A stretch of DNA of 64,000 nt, from positions 10,009-74,008 of the forward strand of contig SBHG01000016.1 in the NCBI GenBank assembly GCA_006226305.1, written 5' to 3'. This document shows positions 9,758-18,861 of the stretch, piece by piece. Each line of letters begins with the position of its first letter. The stretch's first letter is position 1. Origin of the DNA: Alphaproteobacteria bacterium. GTDB lineage: Bacteria > Pseudomonadota > Alphaproteobacteria > M2410. The position numbers were made by a program, and so were the translations under genes. The notes beneath the pieces were generated by a model, which was not told the DNA's origin, searched no databases, and saw nothing but the letters and a program-made list of their open reading frames with translations.

Positions 9758-10873
9758 CTTTGGCGACAGGCTCAGCTCTTCATCCAGAGCGATTATCTGG
9801 CGCAAGGCGCCGGGATCGGCCACAAAGATCAGAGAGGCTTTCGACAGGGCCGCGCGGGCCTCATCGCCACGACCTTGCACGTGATAGGAGCGGATGAGCA
9901 TGAGCCAGCCTTCCAGATCATGTGGATTTTCCTCAAGGCGCGCCGCAAGGCCTGCGACCATTGCCTTGACCCGATCGCTTTGAGCGACCGGGGGCGCCGC
10001 CTCGCCCAATTGGCCCACAGCTGCTTCCTGTTCGGCGATTGCCTGGTTGATCCTTGCGTCGATGACCCCGAAGATCGGATTGTTCCTGGGGGTTACCTCT
10101 AAAAGATCCACCCAAGCGGACAGCGCCTCAATCGGTTTGCCATGCTGGTAGTCATATTCGGCCAGGTAAAATCGGGCAAAGGTTGTATCACCCTCCAATT
10201 TGACGGCCTCCATGAAGGCCGCGCGCGCACTGTCGGTCACATCGCCCTGATTGAGATAAATAATGGCAACGCCGAGCCCCTCGAGCGCGGCAATGGTTGG
10301 CCCACCGAGCTCTATGGCGCGGGCAAAGACTTGCGACGCTTCGGCGAAGCGCCCGCCGTTCATATAAAAGCCCCCCAGCATGACAAGACCATCGGGCACC
10401 GGATTTTCGTCCATCCGGACGGCAAGACAATCAATCAGCCGGGCCATGTCGGGATCTGAAAGCTCGGCCGCGCTATCGATCTCTTGGCAGCGGCTGGCGT
10501 GGGGCAGATCGCTATACCCCGGCGCCCCGAGGGTCCAATAAAGCATCAAAGAGGTCACCGGCAAGGCCAGCGCCATTAAGACAGTCACCAGGATGCGCTG
10601 TCTTTTGCTAAGTGACGTCGGTGTGCTCCTGGCCAACTGTAATTCCCTGTCGGCGGCGAGCAGACGGCGTTCAATCTCCAAGCGGGTGGCCTCAGCCTCC
10701 GCCGCCGGGATTGTCCCGGCTTCGACCTCCTGCTCAAGTTCGCGCAATTGGCGCTTGTAAACATCGAGCGCATCGACCTCGCCCGCCCCGCCTCTTTCGT
10801 CAAGCCAAAGCGGGCGAACCATAAGCGCAACGACCAAGAGGGCGATAACCGTGACAAAGATCCAGAACAGCAA
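9728..10873 (-). CDS. ccmI: Cytochrome c-type biogenesis protein CcmI/CycH (TM anchor plus TPR repeats)
   Basis: 381 aa. N-terminal TM helix, a long TPR region, and operon context upstream of ccmE/ccmF. The ORF-track start is a TTG, so the true start is uncertain. Confidence 0.75.
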   Translation of the reverse strand: MLFWIFVTVIALLVVALMVRPLWLDERGGAGEVDALDVYKRQLRELEQEVEAGTIPAAEAEATRLEIERRLLAADRELQLARSTPTSLSKRQRILVTVLMALALPVTSLMLYWTLGAPGYSDLPHASRCQEIDSAAELSDPDMARLIDCLAVRMDENPVPDGLVMLGGFYMNGGRFAEASQVFARAIELGGPTIAALEGLGVAIIYLNQGDVTDSARAAFMEAVKLEGDTTFARFYLAEYDYQHGKPIEALSAWVDLLEVTPRNNPIFGVIDARINQAIAEQEAAVGQLGEAAPPVAQSDRVKAMVAGLAARLEENPHDLEGWLMLIRSYHVQGRGDEARAALSKASLIFVADPGALRQIIALDEELSLSPKLEVPLEPAP

Positions 10874-10993
10874 ATTTTCAGCTTTCGTTAGGCGACGGGA
10901 AATTGAGTGCAGTCCTTTTACCCATTTCAGCGCCAGAGGGCCAGACTTTCCCGGTGGGAAGGACCTTGGGGGCCCAGCACGGCTTGACCGCGC

Positions 10994-12295
10994 CTAGGCG
11001 CCGCGCCCAAATCGGTCATAGGCGACCAGCGCCAGGCCATTTGCGACGGAGGTCAGCTCCTCTCCGCCCCGCAGCTTTTCCTCACCAAATCTCTCCGCAA
11101 AGATTTGCCGAACGGCTGGAATGAAGGAAGAACCGCCGGTCATGAAAACGCGATCCACGTCGGCAAAGCTCAGGTTGGATTTTGCCAGGGTTCGCTCAAC
11201 ACAGGTCGAAATTTCTGCGAGCTCCGGGGCAATCCACTCTTCAAATTCCACCCGCTTGATGCACTGATGTAGACGGGTCGGGCCGATGTCGAAAGTAAAG
11301 TCCGTTTCATATTCTGATGAGAGCTGATGTTTGGCCTTTTCAACAGCCCGATAGAGATGAAATCCCAAATTGTCTTGAATGAGCTTCTTGAGTGCGACAA
11401 TCGATGAGGCTTCTGCGCTGCCGCTGATAACTTCATCTAGAATATTATGCGTGCGCGGCGTGTTGATGAAGGAAAGCTTGTGCCAGGCTTTCAGCTGATC
11501 ATAAATCCAATTCGGCATCGGCAAGGACTTGCCTGACGGCGCCAGATAGTCTGTGCCACGGCCCAGCTGCGGCGAAATACAGCGCTCGACGATGCGCGCA
11601 TCAAAGGCATCGCCCGCGATGCCAACCCCGTCGACGGCGATAATCGCGTCTCGTTGAGCCGCGCTCTCGCGCAAAGAAGGCCCGACATTGAGCAGGCAAA
11701 AGTCGCTTGTGCCCCCACCAAAGTCGGCAATCAAAACAAGTTCGTCCCGATCCAGGCGGGTGGCATAGGCATAGGCCGCGGCAACAGGTTCAAACTCAAA
11801 CTCCACTTCACCAAACCCGGCAAAGCGATAAGCGTCCCTTAGTCGCGTCAGCGCCAGATCTTCGGCACCTTCCTCACCGCTGCCTACAAACTCGGCGGGT
11901 CGACCCGCCACGATCGGGCCGTCAAAGTCGCCCATCTGCTGCACCGCACGATTGCGCATTTCCGCAATGATATAGGCGACAAGGTCCGGCAGCGCCATGC
12001 GTACCCCGAAAATGGACGTGCTGCCAAAGGCCGAGTGGGTCAGATAGGACTTGATGGACTGAATGAGGCGCCCTTCAAAGATCGGGTCCAGGGCCACATT
12101 GATTGCATCCTGCCCAACGTAGGAACGGGGCCTGCGGCGAGCATCACGTTCTTCAGCGTCAAAAAAGAGAATAGAGCGCAGAGTTTGCTCCCCGTCCGCC
12201 ATTTCAATAAGTCGTGGTTTGGCGGTACCGTCAGAAAAGGCCACGGCGCTGTTGGTCGTGCCAAAATCGATACCCGCATAGAGGGGGTGAGACAT
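10994..12295 (-). CDS. Hsp70-family ATPase consisting only of the nucleotide-binding domain (YegD-like, no substrate-binding domain)
   Basis: 433 aa. GIDFGTTNSAVAF (phosphate-1), DFGGGTSDF (phosphate-2), GGSSFIPAVRQ (adenosine motif). The protein ends right after the NBD. Confidence 0.8.
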   Translation of the reverse strand: MSHPLYAGIDFGTTNSAVAFSDGTAKPRLIEMADGEQTLRSILFFDAEERDARRRPRSYVGQDAINVALDPIFEGRLIQSIKSYLTHSAFGSTSIFGVRMALPDLVAYIIAEMRNRAVQQMGDFDGPIVAGRPAEFVGSGEEGAEDLALTRLRDAYRFAGFGEVEFEFEPVAAAYAYATRLDRDELVLIADFGGGTSDFCLLNVGPSLRESAAQRDAIIAVDGVGIAGDAFDARIVERCISPQLGRGTDYLAPSGKSLPMPNWIYDQLKAWHKLSFINTPRTHNILDEVISGSAEASSIVALKKLIQDNLGFHLYRAVEKAKHQLSSEYETDFTFDIGPTRLHQCIKRVEFEEWIAPELAEISTCVERTLAKSNLSFADVDRVFMTGGSSFIPAVRQIFAERFGEEKLRGGEELTSVANGLALVAYDRFGRGA

Positions 12296-12380
12296 ATTGC
12301 AAGCCTTCCGTATCCGTCTGACGGCCTAGTTAAAGAGCACCGCCACAGCAACACGTTTTGATTTGACCGCCGGTCATGAG

Positions 12381-12420
12381 AACGGCGCCCGAAGCTCATC
12401 TGGCCAGGGGCGCCGTTTTT
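12381..12420 (+). terminator. GC-rich stem-loop (AACGGCGCCC / GGGCGCCGTT, 17-nt loop) followed by a T-run on the plus strand
   Basis: Seen directly at 12381-12420. A U-tract follows the stem only in the plus-strand orientation, although both flanking genes are on the minus strand. It lies 31 nt downstream of the stop of the 470-aa gene. Confidence 0.3.
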
Positions 12421-12450
12421 AATCATTTCATCTGACTGTGTCCAGAGTCT

Positions 12451-13863
12451 TCAGGTTCCAAAATCACGCCCGCCGCCAGTTCTTGCCATCCCGGGCTCCA
12501 TTTCCTCGAGACGGGAGAAGCAAGGCTTGAACTTGTTGGAGACCTGCGCGACGAACTCCGCATAGGAAATCGCGGCATTGCGTTCTGCGCCACGGCAGAG
12601 CTGGATTTGTTGCATCACCTCATTTTTGAGATGCCGAACGGTCTGATACACCTGCGAGACACTGTAACGCGCTTCCGGCTCCAGACTAAGACATTCGGCA
12701 TAGTCCATGGTGCCTTCCAGAAAGTCCGCGATTGCCTGCACTTCCGCAACACGATTGCTAACATCACCGGTGGCTGCGAAGCGGGTTACGTCAAGAGTGC
12801 CGTTTGCGCCTTCGCCATAGAAAATGAGATCAAGCGCCGCAGGCAATCTTTCCAGGATACGTCCGACTTCCTTGGACACCGAACGGCCGCATTTTGCGAT
12901 CCGCTGGACCCACTCCGGATGTTGGGTCGGGTCATTACTGCTGGCAATGGCGTCGCCCACATTGACAAAGAACGCAAGGTTCTCATGAAGCTCAACCCAA
13001 TGAATTTTTTCTATACGCAGGCCGTCGAAATAGGTGGCGACATGTTCAAGATCACTGAGAAGCACTTCGCAGGAGAATTTCCAGTCACCAATATATTTCT
13101 CGGTGTTGCCGGCATATTCGGCCATCACTTCGATCACCGTCAGAATTTCCCACGGGCGCGACATACGCCCCATCAGCGAGAGAAGCAGATAGGCGGAGAG
13201 ACGCTCCTGACCCACCAGCTCTTCATAAAGGCGCTCAAACCAGGCGATATCCCGTGAGGTCATATCCTGGATCGGGCGCGGAAATCGTACCTGCATCCGG
13301 CGAATTTGCGGCGCGGCAAGAAGGCAATTGGCAATATCGCGCATATCCGCCAGAACAAGGCTGTCGGAGATATGGCGGTTTAATGACTTAAAGGCCGACG
13401 GCTGGCGAATGGCTGCGTCCACGACCTTTTGAATATGCCTGCCGACTTCCACCTGAAATTTGAGAGTCAGATCCCAGGCGGCATCCTGATTCTGATCAAG
13501 AATGTGACGCGTCACCTCTTCTTCCAATATACTCAGCTCTTCCGGCATGGCTTCCGTGCTGAGCCAATCCCACAAAGGATTGATTGTTGTACGAGAGATG
13601 CGGCCAAATTGTTTTTGCTGGCGTGGCAGTGTTTGTAGGAGATCTTCAAACGCCGTGCAGAACATGCGCTGCGGCGTTGGCACACGATCAAATGCTCCGC
13701 CTTCCCGCAGAACAGGACGCAAAGCATCCAACACCGTGTTGTGAGGCAGACCTCGCGTGCCGCTCAATCGGTCAAACTCAACCGCCGCGACAAGCTTGCG
13801 CAGATCATCCTCAACAATATCTCCTAAAAAAGCCTCCAGTTTCGACTTTTTCTGTTCGCTCAT
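12451..13863 (-). CDS. Uncharacterized soluble protein (470 aa), co-oriented immediately upstream of the Hsp70-NBD gene
   Basis: Long clean ORF with good codon usage. No TM segments or recognisable motifs. Predicted mostly helical. Confidence 0.6.
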   Translation of the reverse strand: MSEQKKSKLEAFLGDIVEDDLRKLVAAVEFDRLSGTRGLPHNTVLDALRPVLREGGAFDRVPTPQRMFCTAFEDLLQTLPRQQKQFGRISRTTINPLWDWLSTEAMPEELSILEEEVTRHILDQNQDAAWDLTLKFQVEVGRHIQKVVDAAIRQPSAFKSLNRHISDSLVLADMRDIANCLLAAPQIRRMQVRFPRPIQDMTSRDIAWFERLYEELVGQERLSAYLLLSLMGRMSRPWEILTVIEVMAEYAGNTEKYIGDWKFSCEVLLSDLEHVATYFDGLRIEKIHWVELHENLAFFVNVGDAIASSNDPTQHPEWVQRIAKCGRSVSKEVGRILERLPAALDLIFYGEGANGTLDVTRFAATGDVSNRVAEVQAIADFLEGTMDYAECLSLEPEARYSVSQVYQTVRHLKNEVMQQIQLCRGAERNAAISYAEFVAQVSNKFKPCFSRLEEMEPGMARTGGGRDFGT

Positions 13864-13984
13864 CGAACCATTACCCCTTTAAATTACCCCAATTTTCTGT
13901 GGCAGGACGTACGCTTGCAGTGAGGTTTTCTTCGCCCTACGAGAACAAATTAAGGCAAGAAAATTGAAATCAAGTTGAAAAGTG

Positions 13985-13998
13985 CAGACAATTGTCTG
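13985..13998. promoter_or_regulatory. Perfect 14-bp palindrome CAGACAATTGTCTG in the divergent promoter region between the 470-aa gene and yihY; candidate operator
   Basis: Exact dyad centred on AATT within an AT-rich intergenic region (13864-14099). Confidence 0.35.
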
Positions 13999-14099
13999 TA
14001 TTCATAATTTGTTAAGCCCTGCTCTTGTGATTGAATAAATTGGCAGAAATTCTACAATTCGCGCGCAAGCCCCACCCTTTTCAGTAGATCGGCACAACT

Positions 14100-15434
14100 T
14101 TGTTTCAGAAAATTTTCACCATACTTCCCACACTGAGGGATCGACTGTGGCGCGATGACCCTGAGAGCCTGCCACGGCCCATTGGCATTGGCCTTCAGAT
14201 GCTGCGGGTGACCGTTTTGCTCTTGCAGGACTTTCTCAATCCCAAGATTCGGTTGCGGGCCATGGGGCTGGTCTATCTGACGCTTATTTCAATTGTTCCG
14301 CTGCTTGCCATTTCTTTTTCTCTGCTCAAAGCCTTTGGCGTTCACAACCAGTTTCGCGATGTTCTGATGCATGCGGTCGAGCCCCTTGGCGCCCAGGGCG
14401 GCGAGGTGGTTGACCAAATCCTGACTTTTGTCGATTCCATGAAGATGGAAGGGCTCGGGGTTGTCGGGGTAGGCATTCTGCTTTTTGCGGTCGTTTCCGC
14501 CTTGCAGATGGTGGAGACAGCTCTCAATGAGATTTGGCGCGTCGACGAAGCGCGGCGCCTGGTGCAGCGTATTTCCACCTATGTAGTGGTGATGATTTTT
14601 GGGCCTTTGCTCGGCTTTTCCGCCATGGCGCTCCTCACGGGCATCTCCAGCTCAGCCATTTTGACCCGCATCTCGGCCTTTCCCTATGTTGGTCACCTTA
14701 TCGAGGCCACCGGTCAACTCTTTCCCTTCCTGATCGCGGCTTGCGGATTCTTATTCCTCTTCACCTTTATGCCCAATACGCGGGTTAAACTTCGCCCCGC
14801 CTTTCGTGCGGCGCTGATCGCGACTTTTTTCTGGTTTGTGATCGGTCTGGTATTTTCTGTCCTGGTTGTCTCCTCCGGGCGCTATGCGGTGATCTATTCA
14901 GCCTTTGCCTCGCTTGTTCTTTTCATGCTCTGGCTTTTTATGAGCTGGATGGTGGTGCTCATCGGTGCGCGCGGCGCTTATCTGTTGCAGTACCCGGATT
15001 ATATTGTCGAAAAGCCAATTGACCTGGAGCTCAGTATCGAGCAGCAAGAGCGCCTCGCCTTGCGCGTTCTGCAACTGGTCGGGCATCACTTTTACAAAAG
15101 CCGAAGACCCTGGACACAGGAAACCCTTTCGGCGGATCTAAAAGTGCCCTGGCTTAGCCTGGAAGAAACCCTATCCGTTCTGGTGAAGGGGGGCTATCTG
15201 GAAACCACGGGAGCTGACCCGCATGGTTTTGTTCCAGGCAAGCCCTTTGAAGACGTCACCCTTGCCACCGTGCTGCAATACATCCGGCGTAACACGGCGG
15301 GCCGGCAATCTTCCGGCTTTAAGGGCGACCGATCACCGATGCTCAACGCGATTGTTGGCAATCTTACCAAGGCATCCGATCATATTCTCGAAACAACGAC
15401 GCTGAAGGACCTGGCTCTGGAGAGCCAGGATTAA
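14100..15434 (+). CDS. yihY: YihY/BrkB-family inner membrane protein with a C-terminal cytoplasmic extension
   Basis: 444 aa. Six or more TM helices with YihY-type spacing (..LISIVPLL.., ..FGPLLGFSAM..) and an extra C-terminal domain of about 140 aa. Confidence 0.75.
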   Translation: MFQKIFTILPTLRDRLWRDDPESLPRPIGIGLQMLRVTVLLLQDFLNPKIRLRAMGLVYLTLISIVPLLAISFSLLKAFGVHNQFRDVLMHAVEPLGAQGGEVVDQILTFVDSMKMEGLGVVGVGILLFAVVSALQMVETALNEIWRVDEARRLVQRISTYVVVMIFGPLLGFSAMALLTGISSSAILTRISAFPYVGHLIEATGQLFPFLIAACGFLFLFTFMPNTRVKLRPAFRAALIATFFWFVIGLVFSVLVVSSGRYAVIYSAFASLVLFMLWLFMSWMVVLIGARGAYLLQYPDYIVEKPIDLELSIEQQERLALRVLQLVGHHFYKSRRPWTQETLSADLKVPWLSLEETLSVLVKGGYLETTGADPHGFVPGKPFEDVTLATVLQYIRRNTAGRQSSGFKGDRSPMLNAIVGNLTKASDHILETTTLKDLALESQD

Positions 15435-16442
15435 TCAAAGCACCAGACGGTTTTCTGTGATCGCGGACCAGACCGCGTCTGGCCCTGTCGCCAATGTTGC
15501 ACCACCTACCCTTTCCGCCCAATAGGCGGTCGCGCCAAATTCCGATCCCCAGGACCATAAGCGCCGGGTGAGGAATTGCAGTTGATACTCGTAGGTAAAG
15601 CCAATGGCGCCGTGCACCTGGTGAGCAACATCGGTCACGACCTCTGCCGCTTCCCCGGCAATGAGTTTGGCGCAGGCGATGTCGAACGCGCTATTTGTTT
15701 CGAAAGCCACTTGAGCCGCGCGCGCGGCGGCGGCCACATGACCCGACATCATGGCGAGTTGTTGCTGGATCGCCTGAAACTTGCCGATCGGCCTGCCAAA
15801 CTGAACCCGCTCATTGACATAGTCGACGGATAGACGCAGAGCCGCTTCCATGGCGCCCGCCATTTGCGCGGCCCGCAACATAGCGCCGAGGGCTAGAGGG
15901 CTCATGCCCGGCAAGTCCAGTGGAGCGATCTCAATAATTTCCTGATCGGTTATGTGCAACGAGAGCTGCCGCGCGCCCGCAATACTGCGAGGGCTGTCGG
16001 CTTCTTTCAGAACGGCGAGAGACAACGTTCGCGCGGCTTCGTCCCAGGCGACGAGATGGGTGGGCAAGGAGCTTTCGAGGCTTATTTGGACAGTAACGCC
16101 TGGCTCAGGTCCTGATGCGGCGGCAAATACCGCAATAGCGTCTTCCGGCACGGCGAGCCCTGCCTGCTCTGCAAGCCAATGGGCCGCCATGATCTCGCCG
16201 AGTGGCAAGGGCACGGCGCGTGCGCCAGCGGCCTTGATAATTCCAAAGACATCGCTCCATGTGCCACCAATGCCGCCCGCTGCCTCTGAGCACAGTGCTT
16301 TGGGAAGCCCCGCAAAGGTCAAGTCTCGCCAGAGATCGTGAGGGGCCTCACCCGCCTCGCTCTTGGCGATGAGGTCATGGGTCACATGGTCGGCAAAGAT
16401 GCGGTCAGCGGTTTCAAAAATCATCGATTGAAGTTCAGACAT
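15435..16442 (-). CDS. Acyl-CoA dehydrogenase-family protein, short form; probable partner subunit
   Basis: 335 aa. C-terminal ACAD helical domain (..QFGRPIGKFQAIQQQLA..). Directly downstream of a full-length ACAD. Confidence 0.7.
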   Translation of the reverse strand: MSELQSMIFETADRIFADHVTHDLIAKSEAGEAPHDLWRDLTFAGLPKALCSEAAGGIGGTWSDVFGIIKAAGARAVPLPLGEIMAAHWLAEQAGLAVPEDAIAVFAAASGPEPGVTVQISLESSLPTHLVAWDEAARTLSLAVLKEADSPRSIAGARQLSLHITDQEIIEIAPLDLPGMSPLALGAMLRAAQMAGAMEAALRLSVDYVNERVQFGRPIGKFQAIQQQLAMMSGHVAAAARAAQVAFETNSAFDIACAKLIAGEAAEVVTDVAHQVHGAIGFTYEYQLQFLTRRLWSWGSEFGATAYWAERVGGATLATGPDAVWSAITENRLVL

Positions 16443-16448
16443 TTGCGC

Positions 16449-17603
16449 TTACCTCAAGCCTAATCCGCGGGCGATAATGCCCCGCAAGATTTCCCGTGTG
16501 CCGCCACGCAGAGAAAACGATGGGACGGCCTGCAAAAGCGTTCCCAGGATTTCCTGATATGGCGACTGACCTTCAACGGTTGGGACCAGCTCTACAAGGG
16601 CGCGCGCGATGTTGGGCAAACTCTGCTCGTACATCGCGCCCTGATCCTTGACGACCGAGGCTTCGAGCGCCGGGTTGGCGCCTTCGTTGAGCATGCCCGC
16701 CACAGAGATCGACATGCGCCGCAAGGTCACAAGACGCGCCGTCAATCGCCCAATGGCGATCCGCTGAAGACGATCCCCCTCGGGACCGATCTCGCGGATC
16801 AACTCTCGAAAAAGCGGATAACAGGAAAGGAAGCGCTCAGGACCAGAGCGCTCAAAAGCAAGCTCTGAGGTCACTTGCGTCCATCCATCACCTTCATTGC
16901 CCACACGAGCCGTTTCAGGGAGGAAAACATCTTCGAATAAGACTTCGTTGAAGTGCGAACGGCGAGAGAGATCCTCGATCGGTGAAATGTGAATGCCCGG
17001 AGTTTTGAGATCGACGAGAAATTGCGTCAGACCGCCGTGTCGATCCTCAGGGTCGGATTGAGTTCGCAAGGTCGCGATCATGAAATGAGCGCGATGGGCG
17101 CCGCTGGTCCAGATCTTACGGCCATTGACTTTGTAACCGCCCGCCACTCTTTCCGCCTTTGTGCGCACGCTCGCAAGATCGGAACCGGAGTTCGGCTCAC
17201 TCATACCGATGCAAAAGAAGCGCTCGCCTCTTGCTATGGCGGGCAAATGTTCCTGGCGCTGCTCCTCGGTTCCAAAACGCAATAGCAGGGGACCACTTTG
17301 ACGGTCGGCGACCCAGTGCGCCCCAACAGGCGCATCGGCGGCCAGCATTTCCTCCAGCACAACATAGCGCTCAAAAGAGGAACGCTCGTGGCCGCCATAT
17401 CGTTTTGGCCAGATCATGCCAATCCAGCCTTTCGCCCCCATCTTCCGGGAGAATTCCGGGTCGGACCCGCTCCAGGTTTGGCCAAGCTCGCTTAACGGGC
17501 GGTCTTTAAGTTCCCTGGCGACAAAATCCCGCACGTCCGCACGCAGCGCTTCGGCCTCAGGCGGTAGGTTGAAGGGTTGAAATTGAAAAAAATCGGCGCT
17601 CAT
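16449..17603 (-). CDS. Acyl-CoA dehydrogenase
   Basis: ACAD N, middle and C domains (GMSEPNSGSDLASV, ..TSGAHRAHF..). The start is placed at ATG 17603 (MSADFFQF) with an upstream GAGG, rather than at the longer track ORF. Confidence 0.8.
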   Translation of the reverse strand: MSADFFQFQPFNLPPEAEALRADVRDFVARELKDRPLSELGQTWSGSDPEFSRKMGAKGWIGMIWPKRYGGHERSSFERYVVLEEMLAADAPVGAHWVADRQSGPLLLRFGTEEQRQEHLPAIARGERFFCIGMSEPNSGSDLASVRTKAERVAGGYKVNGRKIWTSGAHRAHFMIATLRTQSDPEDRHGGLTQFLVDLKTPGIHISPIEDLSRRSHFNEVLFEDVFLPETARVGNEGDGWTQVTSELAFERSGPERFLSCYPLFRELIREIGPEGDRLQRIAIGRLTARLVTLRRMSISVAGMLNEGANPALEASVVKDQGAMYEQSLPNIARALVELVPTVEGQSPYQEILGTLLQAVPSFSLRGGTREILRGIIARGLGLR

Positions 17604-17610
17604 GGTTGCC

Positions 17611-18414
17611 TCACTCGACCGTTCCCAGCGCCCCGCCATCAACGCGGATGTTTTGGCCATTGATGAAACCGGCCTTCGGGCTCGCCAGAAAACAAATAAG
17701 GGAGGCAATATCGTCGCGGCGGGCGATGCGACCCAAGGGGTTGGGCATTTCCGCATCCGTCACGGATTGCTCGATCTCCTCCCAGGTCGTCCCGCCGCCA
17801 TAGTGGCTTGCCTTGGACATGTAGTACTTCTCGACTTCCGGCGTCAGGATGAGGCCCGGGCTCACCGTATTGACCGTGATGCCTGTACCGGCCAGATCTT
17901 TCATCAGCGAAATGGTCGAGGCCGCCAACGCCGCTTTGGCCGTGTAGTAAGCTGGCATGCGCGAATTGGGGGATGTGGAGCCGATGGTGCCCACCTGAAT
18001 GATGCGCCCCCACCCCTTTTCTTTCATGGCGCGGGTCGCCAGCCGCACCATGCGAACCGCCGAAAAGAGGTTGGCCTCGAAGGCTTCAATCCACTTGGCA
18101 ATGGAGGACGTGCGCCAGCGGCCCGGAATGGCGGTACCGAAATTGTTGACCAGAATATCGATCTCTAGACCCAGCGCGTCCAATTCGCTTGCGACCATAT
18201 CCGCGCCCTCATCGGTGCGGATGTCGCCGCGAACAATGGGCAGCTCGCGGCCAAAGGTGGTCATAAGGTCTATTTCCCCCGGCCCCGGCTCTTCGCCCAG
18301 ACCGTGGAGGACAACTTCGGCACCTTCATCTGCTAAGGCGCGTGCGATTTCTGCCCCGGTGCCGCGGTTAGAGCCGGTGACAAAGGCAACCTTGCCTTCA
18401 AGATCCAAATTCAT
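17611..18414 (-). CDS. SDR-family NAD(P)-dependent oxidoreductase
   Basis: 267 aa. TGSNRGTGAEIA Rossmann motif and an YxxxK active site (YYTAK). Confidence 0.85.
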   Translation of the reverse strand: MNLDLEGKVAFVTGSNRGTGAEIARALADEGAEVVLHGLGEEPGPGEIDLMTTFGRELPIVRGDIRTDEGADMVASELDALGLEIDILVNNFGTAIPGRWRTSSIAKWIEAFEANLFSAVRMVRLATRAMKEKGWGRIIQVGTIGSTSPNSRMPAYYTAKAALAASTISLMKDLAGTGITVNTVSPGLILTPEVEKYYMSKASHYGGGTTWEEIEQSVTDAEMPNPLGRIARRDDIASLICFLASPKAGFINGQNIRVDGGALGTVE

Positions 18415-18509
18415 GGGGGGTGGCGCCCTTCCTCAAATCATGTGTTTTGATTTTGAGTTTCGAGGGTCGCCGGAATGGAGTCAATAGAGGGTGGGAAATC
18501 CGCCCTTTT

Positions 18510-18728
18510 TCAGTAAGAAAGGTGCTTGGTCAGATTTTCACCGGCTTCGAAGGCCACTTGCGAGTTCGATGCCACCGTCTTTGCAGAAGCGCTTTGCACG
18601 CCCATCTGGCCAAATTGCACGCCAGCGCTGAAGGCCATAAAGGTCAGAGCAAAAAGACCAAAGGAAATGAACGTCCATTTCACTGGATGGCGTTCCGGGC
18701 GGCGGGCGAAAATCTTTTTCTGCTTCAT
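18510..18728 (-). CDS. Small hypothetical membrane protein (basic N-terminus plus one TM helix)
   Basis: MKQKKIFARRPERHPVKWTFISFGLFALTFMAF... The start was chosen at an internal ATG. Weak call. Confidence 0.3.
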   Translation of the reverse strand: MKQKKIFARRPERHPVKWTFISFGLFALTFMAFSAGVQFGQMGVQSASAKTVASNSQVAFEAGENLTKHLSY

Positions 18729-18861
18729 GGCTTCCTCAGCTCCCTGTCGAGGTTCTTGTCTCAAGCTCTCGAGCCTTAATGTGCCACACAGATGTTAATT
18801 GAGCGCAAATGAGATCCATTCAATTCGATTTAGTTATTGGTCAAATCCCTGAAATGGTTGG

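Noticed and set aside
10985-10998. 12-bp palindrome GCGCCTAGGCGC at the Hsp70-NBD stop codon, as a regulatory site
   Set aside because: It is short, GC-only and embedded in the coding end. It is more likely a chance or terminator-stem sequence than an operator.
12607-13257. 216-aa plus-strand ORF within the 470-aa hypothetical gene
   Set aside because: It is the antisense frame. The minus-strand ORF is much longer and contiguous with the Hsp70-NBD gene.
17606-18168. Overlapping plus-strand ORFs of 188 aa and 65 aa
   Set aside because: Antisense to the SDR gene, with an Arg/Gly-rich low-complexity translation.
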